In this document: piece after piece, positions 23,066-32,710 of the stretch | Layout of the letters: each line of letters begins with the position of its first letter | Position numbering within the stretch: the first letter of the stretch is position 1 | NCBI GenBank assembly: GCA_021432655.1 | Contig: MU271423.1 | Span: 1 to 64,000 of the forward strand | Direction of reading: 5' to 3' | Length of the DNA stretch: 64,000 bases | Source of the DNA: Atractiella rhizophila | Lineage: Eukaryota | Made by a program: the position numbers and the translations under genes | The notes under the pieces: generated by a model | Told to the model about the DNA's origin: nothing | Seen by the model: the letters and a program-made list of their open reading frames with translations, nothing else | Database searches by the model: none

Positions 23066-25229
23066 ATGTCGTGCGTTTCCTTCCGCCCATTGGGCCCTGT
23101 AACTGACACTATCCGCATTACAGACGAAGTTACGACCGTGCTCTTACTGTCTTCTCGCCTGATGGCCATCTCTTCCAAGTCGAATATGCCGGAGAAGCAG
23201 TTAAGAGAGGAACTTGTGCAGTAGGTGTGAGAGGAAAGGGTGTGGCTGTCCTCGGAGTGGAGAAGAAGAGCACGCTTCAACTTCAGGATCCCAGAACTGT
23301 TAGGAAAGTTGTGGTTGTGGACGAGCATGTCGTGCTTGCTTTTGCTGGTAAGTAATCTCTTAAGAAATGAGCAGAATGTCATAAGCGAACCTTTCTGTGG
23401 TGCATGTGATCGAGCTATTGAAGTAGTATGTGCTTGAGGGAGGACGTGAGTCCTACGCCGGAATGGCATACGGTGTCACGCTTTATTTATCAGCGCTGCT
23501 TTGATATCTGCTCTTCTTTCATGCCAAATAATCTCTATTATGCTCGCGCCTGCGCTGTGGACGTTATACCACCTGTACGCCAAAGGTGTGCTCTTGGTTC
23601 ATGTTCAAAGGTGACTATAAAACAAGAGGAGACCAGAAGGATCTATGGATTAAACATAGATCTGCATGCTCAGCAATGGCTCCTGGGATCAGGCAATAAA
23701 AGCTTTTGTAAAAGTAGCAAAGCCTGTCCGATTTACATAATTGGGGCTGCTGTGATGCACTCAAATCTTTAGACTCAGACATCCCTTCTTTTTGCTTGTT
23801 GTAGTCCCCTTTTCATCTGTCTTACATCGTCTTGACATAGTTTCCTCTCCGTTGTGGACATACGCTGTCCCAGCGATCACTTTACTTAATTATTAGCTTG
23901 AGAACCAAGTGGGATTGATGAGAGCGCTGCCTTCCATCACGGCTAGATAAGAGCATGCTTTCTCTCGCACTAGACTTGGTTCCTCTTGACTTTTTGTAAT
24001 AGCCATGCTATGCATCTTCTTCGTGCCTCGTTCAAGTCGGGGTCGTGGACGCGTCAGCGCGCTCCCATGTCAGGTGCCTCCATTTGTGGTTTGTAGCCAC
24101 TACAGTAATTGGTCACACAATCTGGCTCTACCTCTTTGCTTTCGATCCCTTGAAAGCACTTCATTATCGCGGATTGTTTCATCCATTATCTCTCAGCTAC
24201 CTGCCTATTCTAGAGAGCACATGAGCCATTGTGTCTGGGATTTCCTATGTGGAAGATCGTCATGCTTTCAACAGTTTCCATTTCGTAGGCGAGGATATCC
24301 GTTCCCTGTTCTCCTCTTATTGAAATAACATTATCAGCTCGCCTCCCCTTGTTGTATAGGTTGGAAGAGGCATGAAGTAGGAATCCATTTTCCTTTCTCT
24401 TAGCCAGGATGATCTTTACACTCCCGAGGCCGGAAAGTAATTCTGTCCCATAACCACTTGTGTCATCCAAGTTAAAGAAAGATCGCGTCGTCTAATCACT
24501 GTTGCAACTCAGGTCTCACAGCAGATGCTCGTATTCTCATCGACAAGGCACGCATAGAGTGCCAATCCCACCGCCTTACTGTCGAGGACCCCGTTACTGT
24601 TGAATACATCACACGGCACATTGCTGGTATTCAACAAGTTTGCCTTCCTTTGCGTTCTAGAACTTAGCTGATATGCGTTACAGCGATACACCCAATCCGG
24701 AGGAGTGCGTCCATTCGGTATTTCAACCCTTATCGTTGGTTTCGATCAAGATGGTGGGGACGAGCACGGAAATGTTGTCAAATCCCAACCGAAAATTTAT
24801 ACCACCGAGCCCTCTGGTATCTACAGCGCATGGAAGGTTGGTGGTATCTATACCAAATGCACCTTGCTTATGTGTGACATAGGCTGTCGCAATAGGGCGG
24901 TCGTCAAAGACCGTGCGGGAGTTCTTGGAGAAAAATTGGAAGGCGGATCTTGAGGCTGAAGAGGCGATCAAGTTGACAATTAAGTCTCTGCTGGAGGTCG
25001 TTCAGACTGGAGCAAAGAACATTGAAGTTGCAGTTGTTGAAGGCTTTGGACAGATCCGAGTACTAACTTTATTCACATGCAAACGATTTCTGACCGGGTT
25101 GTTAGAACCTGACGCTGGAGGAAATCACAAAAAGTAGTGCAAGAGATTGAGAAGGAGAAGGAGGCAGAGCAGGAGAGGAAGAGGAATAGATTGGCAGCTA
25201 CTGCTGCAGGCCAAGCGGCCATGCGTTAG
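23066..25229 (+). CDS. PRE6: 20S proteasome subunit alpha-4 (PSMA7-type)
   Basis: [24 protein letters not shown]...[31 protein letters not shown]...[13 protein letters not shown]...[13 protein letters not shown]. Intron 2 is 23348-24512 (1165 nt). The 3' end is provisional. Confidence 0.96.
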
Positions 25230-25475
25230 AGAGACCGTGTCCAGAAAGAAAAGTTTGTCCTTTCCAGTCACAGCGGTTTGTTAGCTCACTCTGAAGTTCT
25301 AGTGTTCTATCCATTGCAGAAATGCTATGCTCGCCAGAGTTCTCAAACTTTGACCGTCTTATTTCTGGAGCCTTGTCCTCGGCCTTGCAAAAGATGCTGC
25401 ACTACGACAGTTGCAACCTCGTTGTTGACCAAGCAGATAATCCGGCCAATTGAATGGGAGATTGGCATTCTCATT

Positions 25476-26770
25476 CTAGAGTGTGGTGAGCTCCATATCA
25501 CTTGCTATAAGATTCGTCGAGAATAAACATTGGAGTTTTACGTCGGATGCTACTTCTACCGGCTTTGGAATCTGCNNNNNNNNNNNNNNNNNNNNNNNNN
25601 GACTGCCATATCGCACTACATTTAACCGTTCCTGGTGAAAGATGAAAACCCTCCAACGAGAGCACCTCGGTTTCAACCTCTCCCAAAGGACCTCCATTCG
25701 CTTGCTGTTCTCCATTGCGGATACTACTGATGTGACGTAGCTTAACATGCTGAAGACCAAGTCGTGGGGGATTTGAATATTCTTTCAAGTCACCTCCTCG
25801 AAGCTGTCGACAAGATTCGCAATCCGAGGAGAGGAGGCGCAACGCCAAGCGAAGAGAATGAATGCAGCGGGTGTCGCAAGGGGAAGGGCGGGGTGATTCA
25901 ATTCATAGCTCGGCGGCGGGCGAACGGGCTTAAAAAGAGAACGTTGGGATTTCGCCTTTCCTTTTTCCTTTCTGACTTCAGGAGGCAGGAACTCTGGATT
26001 GAAGGAGCAGGGTCGTGGAAATGTGATGTTGGGAAGTGAGGTGGTGGTATGGTAAAATAAGAGAAAGAAGTCAGGGTCCGCATTTTCATTTGTTTCCCCG
26101 TGGAGGTAGTAAGCACACTTTATTGCTTGCAATTCTCTTGAGAACTTGCCAAGGTCCGGCGCGCTGGCATTCAATAAATCAGTGTTTGGTTATCCTAAAG
26201 CATTCAGGAAGTAAAAGCAGTTTCTGCTTGTACTGAGTTGCTGGTGGCCTAAGCAGCAGTGTGAGATTGCATGTCGATGCACTGCACACCTTCAACGCGA
26301 GTGCGTCGGAAGACAGGCGATTCACGTCCGCCATTAGGCATCCGCCGTATTGAAACGGCTCAGCCCACCTGCTTGCGAAACAGTTTCCTTTCAGTCGGTC
26401 GGTCATAGTCACCTCTGGCCAAGGTCTCCGCATCCTGATTCCAGCTTGACCTGCTCCCCATCAGCTCCCCACGATATACACAACCATACTCCTGTCATTA
26501 CCTCCCGAAGGTGAACAGATCGGCCGTTATTCCTTTGACTGCCGGTGACGTGCGCTTCGAAGGTTTAATTTCACCTGTCCATTTGCGAGTTCTCGTCGTC
26601 GTGAAATCGATGAGCATGCCAAACGGCGCTGCTGCTTCCAACCGAGTTTTTCTTGCATAATGTACAAGCACTTTCCTTGCTTGTTCACTGGTGGGGACAA
26701 CTCGAAAATAGTACAGTAACTCTGTCATTTCGTTTCCTCCTCTCTCCTGGCTCCTGGTGCTTCGCGACAA
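25476..26770 (-). pseudogene. Unresolved spliced or degenerate coding region spanning the gap
   Basis: Several protein-like minus-strand ORF pieces (26498-26770, 25785-26174, 25476-25760) with possible splice sites. I could not build a clean gene model. Confidence 0.3.
25576..25600. other. Assembly gap (25 N)
   Basis: Run of n characters. Confidence 1.
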
Positions 26771-27307
26771 ATTTCAGAAATGTGGAGCTCCACACTTCCC
26801 CCGGAGTTTTCATCGAGCGAGGGACCTAAGACGCGTGACGCGCTTGCGAGAGAGAGATGAGATCATGATGTCAGCCTTTCCCTCTCCTCTACTTCTGGTG
26901 AGATTCTCCAGACGCGGCAGAGGAACGGCAGGCTCCGAAAGAGCTTTATCTGGGGCAGAATAGAGTGCCAAAGATAGGGCATTTGTCGTCCTAGCGGTTG
27001 AAAGGGATTGCGGGCCGTATCGAAGCTTGAGAGCTCACGAAAGAGGTTGCAAAGGTTGAACGGGTTGTGCGTTGAAAGGTCAGCTGCAGTCCTAGATCTT
27101 TCAATTTGAGCATGATTTTTTCGACTAACTTTGCGAACACATGGAGGATGACGATCTCATTCTTCGCCTCCACCATCCTCATCCGATCCTCTTCCCCATA
27201 AATACTACTCGACAGTTGTTCAAACCCCACCTCTCTGGTTCTACCTGTGCCCTTTGCACCTCGAACGTCCGCGAAAGAAACGGAGTGAGAGAAAAAAACA
27301 AGGCGAG

Positions 27308-29476
27308 ATGTCCTCATCTTTTTTCACGAACAGGTTAGTTTGACTTCCCTACTGTCACAAAGGATGTTAACGAGAGATTGGGATGACAGTTATGTCATTG
27401 GAGGTTTTGCGACCATTGGAGGAGGCTTGTTCGGTCTCGACATCTCCTCTATGTCGGCCGTCCTCCTCAACCCTGCCTACAACAAGGCTTTCTCGCCTGT
27501 AGGAACCAACTCCGATCTCCAAGGAGGAATCGTAGCCTCTATGCCTGCTGGGTCCTTCGGAGGTGCACTCATCAACACGTATATCTCTGATAAGTTTGGG
27601 AGGAAGCCCTGCATGTTGGTCTTTTTCTCGTCGTCTCGTCTGAACGCAATAGCAAGGCTGACATGTACTACCTGATTAGCATGTTTGCAGCTCTCCTTTG
27701 GGTTTTGGGATCGGTCCTTCAATGCGCGGCCCAGAACATTCCTATGCTCGTCGCTGGACGAGTAATCGGTGGCCTCGCCATTGGTATTGAGTCTGCCATC
27801 GTTCCTATCTACCAAGCTGAAATCACGAAACCTGCTATGTTTGTCTTCCTCTCCTCTTTCGCATAAATCAGGAACTAACGATTTGAATAGCCGAGGACGA
27901 ATTGTCTCCCTTCAGCAGTGGGCCATCACCTGGGGAATTCTTCTTCAATACTTCACCCAATTCGGTTGCTCCTACATTGACGGCGAGGCATCTTTCCGTA
28001 TTCCCTGGGGTCTCCAATTGATTCCTGCTCTCGTCCTTTTCTTCGGAATGTTCTACTTCCCTGAATCTCCCCGGGTACGCCACTTTTCGACTTTCTCTGA
28101 GTCGCTGCTTATGGAGATTTTTTTAGTGGCTCATGGACCACGGCAGGGAGGACGAGGCGTTGAAGATCCTTGCTGACGTTCACGGCGGTGGAGACATCCA
28201 AAACGGCCTTGTACAGCTTGAGTTCGCTGGTCCGTTTGTATCCATTTTTTTGAACTAGCCAAGCTGATGGAAGAACAGAGATCAAGCAACAAATCGATTT
28301 CGACCGCACTCAATCTGCTCGCTCCTATCTCGATCTCCTCAAGCCCGGAGTGTTCAGGCGTGTCCTTCTCGGTTGCTCCCTTCAGGCATGGTCTCAGCTC
28401 ACCGGCATGAACATCATGATGTTCGTTTCCTTATGCCGTTGACAAAATGACATCTGAATATGCCTTGGGCAACCTAGGTACTATATCACTCTTGTCTTCC
28501 GATCTGCAGGTATCACGGGAAGGCATGGAAATCTGGTTGCTTCGTCTATCCAATATGTGTTGAACGTCGTTTTCACTGTGTTGGTTCTCTGTCTCTCTTT
28601 GAAGCGTCATTTTCTGATGTGATTATGCAGTCCTGCTATTATCTACATCGATCGCTGGGGACGTCGCCCTATGCTTGTCATCGGAGCGGCATTCATGGCT
28701 TTCTGGCTTTTCCTCGTTGGCGGCCTTCAAGGAGGATTCGGTAGCAAAGTCATCGACACTGACGGTTCTGCCCTTTGGCTCATTGAAGGACACAGCAGCG
28801 TCACGAACGGAATCATCGCTTGCTCTTACCTCTTTGTTTGCTCTTTCGCCATTACTTGGGGTCCTTGCTCCTGTATGACTTCCATCAATACCAATACTGG
28901 AAGAGTTAGTCTGATCACTGATAACAGGGACTTACCCCTCTGAGATCTTCCCTATGCGTGTCCGAGCGAAGGCTGTCTCTCTGTCCACAGCTTCCAACTG
29001 GGCTTTCAATTTCGGTTCGTTTCATCTTACCGGACATGTTCCCTCCCTTACAAATCGCTTTTTTTTAGCTCTCGCCTACGCCGTGCCCCCTGCACTTGAT
29101 CACATCTTCTACAGGACCTACTTTATTTTTGGTGGATTTTGCGCCGCCGCTGGTATTCACGTTTTCTTCTGCTTCCCTGAAACCAAGGGCCGCACTCTCG
29201 AAGTTCGTATTCCTCTTACCTCCCGCAGAAAGAGTGTTGACTGTATTGAATCTATAGGAAATGGAGGAGGTGTTCGCGCAGAAGAACTACTTCACCGCCT
29301 GGCGGGTCAAGTCGGATGTAGGAAGGAAAGATTTGGAGCAAGTTCTTGCTCACGAAAAGGAGGGCAAGGTTCTCGATGAACATCTCAGCGATAGGACGAG
29401 CGTCGATGACAAGAAGAGCGAGATGAGCAGCGTTCCCAGCAGCCCAGTTGATTCGAAGGGTCACTTACCAGCCTAA
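27308..29476 (+). CDS. MFS sugar porter, high-affinity glucose transporter (HGT1-like)
   Basis: GGGLFGLDISSM, SDKFGRKP, VPIYQAEI, QQWAITWG, FPESPRWL, QLTGMNIMMYY, IDRWGRRP and PETKGRTLE. Confidence 0.95.
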
Positions 29477-30377
29477 ACATTTGAGCTGTGATCTGAGATT
29501 GACGATTATGATGAAAGTTCGAAGGGAGGAAGGAGTCCAAAGAATGTAAAGAAGTGAATAATGAATCTTGAACATGAATTTCCCATCAGGCAGTTACATG
29601 CGCGAGAAACTTGCTTGAGTGAATGGCAGTGATATATATTTGAAATACTGAAATTTTCTCAGGAAGACGTTGATCTGATACTGTAGGGCCAATCATATCA
29701 TATATAGTCGCAATCGATGTAGCAATTCCACTATCTGTACCCCTCGAGCCAGCCACATCCTTGTTCCAATTGCAATACTGAGTGAGACCTTTGTTATACT
29801 ATAGATGAGGGAACTGGTGCTTGTCAACGAGTATGCCTATGCTCCCTCTGGTGCTAACCTTCGAACCGAAGGAACAAGAGGTGCTACATCTGTGAACCCA
29901 ATTGGAGTGCACAGAGATCCCCCAGAGGATCAGCTGCAGTAAGGAAGAAAAGATTCCGGTGTCTGCAGCTCGCAAAGTGCTACCACAACAGTGAGACAGT
30001 ATAAGCGGCAGAATGAACCACCTACCTCCCTCAAGACGGCCAGTTTTTTATTTGCAGTGCTGAAGCGGCAGGACTCTACGCAGCGTTGAGATCGTATGAA
30101 AGTGTTGCCGATGTCTTCAGGGGTGTAAATGAAGCCGCTCTCGTCGACTGTGTATAGTTAGTGCGTGCAACTTTGACAATGTGAGAACAAACTGAGTTGA
30201 GTGTAAGAGTTTGGTGGGAAGACTAAAGGGGTGTCGAAGTGCTTCCATGCAAAGGGGTAAGAGAATGATCAAATAAGGGAAAGACGAACAGAAACATCAT
30301 GGCCTTGCTGCTGAAGCTGCTTAACCCTGTCGATGGGGTAAAGTACGTGGTGTGTCGAACTCCATAAGTAAACCTCT

Positions 30378-31673
30378 TCATGAGGGTTGTATCCTGCACA
30401 ATCGGACTGTCAGAGTCTCCATAGCCCAGAATAGAGAAGACCTACGATAGTGCGGCTCTTTGTCGTCATGGTTTAGAACAGGTACTTCGTCGATAAAGAA
30501 CTTGCACCTCCGCTTCCAGTGCAGCTCACTAGATAGCTGGCTGCAAGTCTCTTGCATAAGCTCTTCTTCTTCTTCAGTCCATTGGGCATAGAAGCGCTTG
30601 AGGCGCATTATAATGCCATTGGTGCGAAAGAAACTTTGGATGAAATCAAAGAAGTCTCTGGCATCAAAGCAGCAAAAGTGCAAGGCAAGCATGTTCAGTT
30701 GCTCAGCGCTCCGAAGTTGTGAGAAGAAATCATCCGACAGGATATTGCTGTTTTCATGTCCTCCATCAATTTCCAACCGGAGAAGATCGTGAGAGATGGA
30801 TAACATCAAAGGCTCGTAGAACACAACTTGCTGAATGTCAAAGATGGAGTTCGGTTCATATTGTATTGCGAGTATCCTAAGTACTCTTTGCTGTTGATCA
30901 GACAATAGAGAGAGCGGGGCAAGCGGGCGTAAGTATATCTCAGATGATGTCTGAACTGCAAAATCGATGAGAGAGGTCATGAAAAATTCGCTTCCAAAGT
31001 CGATGTGCAGGCTTTTAAGGTTCATGGGAACGAGATTCTCCTCGACAGCAATCGCTGAACGACAAAATGGTAGGCGTGAATGCAATCGAGTCAATTTAAC
31101 TGAAGCGAGAATTGGGCGACATCGACAGCTGAGCAAAAAATTGATGACTGTAAACTCATCCCAACCATCCAATTCTAACTGCTTGATGCTGCTGAGACGA
31201 CTGAGCTCCATCAGCGACCTGAACCGTTCTTCCTCCACTATAGGATATACCAGAGACAAATGTGACAATGTCTGATATGGCTGGAGTTGCGAGAGCAGGA
31301 TATGGAGGGGAAACTCGTCCATGTCTGAACAACCGTATTCGAGCGTGAACCAACGTCTTTGAAAAACAGGGCAGCGGCTCAAATAGTTAAATTTGACGTG
31401 CACCGAGTGGGGTTCAGGAGACAGCGCTGCAAGATGCCGCCGCCATGCCCTGCAAACCGAACCATACTTCCAGAACTGCATTTGCCAGATATCCCAACTT
31501 GGATTGCTGAGCTCCTGCTCAAGCTCGAGGAGATTCTGAAAAATGAGGTCCAACAGCTCTGGCGGCAAAGCGAGGATTGCCGCACTTCTGACATGCTGGT
31601 GGTGGGACCGGACCTGTTTCGAGGAATCGGCCAGAGTTTGTAATTGTGAAGCGACCTTGTCTGTAGTCAACAT
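30378..31673 (-). CDS. F-box / LRR-like lineage-specific protein (true start probably in unresolved upstream exons)
   Basis: 431-aa ORF with ILALPPELLDLIFQNL...VCRAWR and LxxLxL repeats. Confidence 0.75.
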   Translation of the reverse strand: MLTTDKVASQLQTLADSSKQVRSHHQHVRSAAILALPPELLDLIFQNLLELEQELSNPSWDIWQMQFWKYGSVCRAWRRHLAALSPEPHSVHVKFNYLSRCPVFQRRWFTLEYGCSDMDEFPLHILLSQLQPYQTLSHLSLVYPIVEEERFRSLMELSRLSSIKQLELDGWDEFTVINFLLSCRCRPILASVKLTRLHSRLPFCRSAIAVEENLVPMNLKSLHIDFGSEFFMTSLIDFAVQTSSEIYLRPLAPLSLLSDQQQRVLRILAIQYEPNSIFDIQQVVFYEPLMLSISHDLLRLEIDGGHENSNILSDDFFSQLRSAEQLNMLALHFCCFDARDFFDFIQSFFRTNGIIMRLKRFYAQWTEEEEELMQETCSQLSSELHWKRRCKFFIDEVPVLNHDDKEPHYRRSSLFWAMETLTVRLCRIQPS

Positions 31674-32710
31674 ACACTGACTGACACTAGTGGAGTGAAC
31701 TTACAGAACTCTTGAATCTAGCATGATGGGATGCTAATGATGATGAATTGTTACCTGGGCGCGTTGACACATTGTTGCTCAGCCTGTTCGTTGTCCAAGT
31801 CCAAAAAAGTCGAAGGTTTGCTAGTTGAAGGTAAGTAAATGCGCGAACAATCGTGGAACTGCCAAAATGGAAGCGAATGATGACTTTGTAGAGGGAGGAA
31901 ACAATGTTCCGCCCAATTGTCTGGTATAACGTCGCAAACAGAAATTGACGGAACGCCGCTTCTGCTCACAAATCTTGGATCTCTACCATGCAGAATGTAG
32001 TGAACAGGAGAGGGAAGCTTGGACATGAAACTGTAAAATAGCCAATCTTATATATTTGACTGGACTTCCAAATGGCGGGTATTGCCTCCACAGCCGCTAC
32101 ATTTTCTAAAGGCAAAAGCCAACCTCCTTCACCAGAAATCTGCAATATTCTACAGACAGTGCCCGTAGTCCAACCAGACGTCAAAGGAAAATCGCCATCT
32201 TCCTGTGCCAGGGAACACAGACAAAGGGACGTAACCCTGGCCTTATACCAACAGGAGAACCCGTACTCCACTTCATTGCCGCAGAAGATTCCTCCGTGAC
32301 CTCTGTCCCAGGGCCTTTCTTGCTACCGCTCCGAGAGAAAGGATGTGAAGAGATCGACACAGCATTTAGGAGTTCAAGTAGCTTGGACGGAGAAGGGTCC
32401 ACTAACGGAACGGTTTTGGAATGTGAACGAGAGCGGGGCATCCTTCTGGCTGAAGCTGGAGAGTACGAAAAGGGAGAGAAGGCCAAATCATACGTCGGTG
32501 GTCACGAGTGTCTTTCGTCCCTGGCACTGTGACTCATAAGAGGATAGGAACATAACATGAAAATCGTGCTGAGTACAGGGTATACAATACTTCCATTTAC
32601 ATTGAAGATAGACCACATCTATGGAATCAGAATCGGACGGCTTTCGAACGTCTCTTCATACAAACAGCCGATTGCATAAATTGAAATAAGCCCCCCGATT
32701 ACAAAATCGG

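Noticed and set aside
23902..23982. SECIS element or TPP riboswitch in the long introns
   Set aside because: No SECIS GA-quartet arrangement, no in-frame UGA in conserved genes, and no TPP aptamer core seen.
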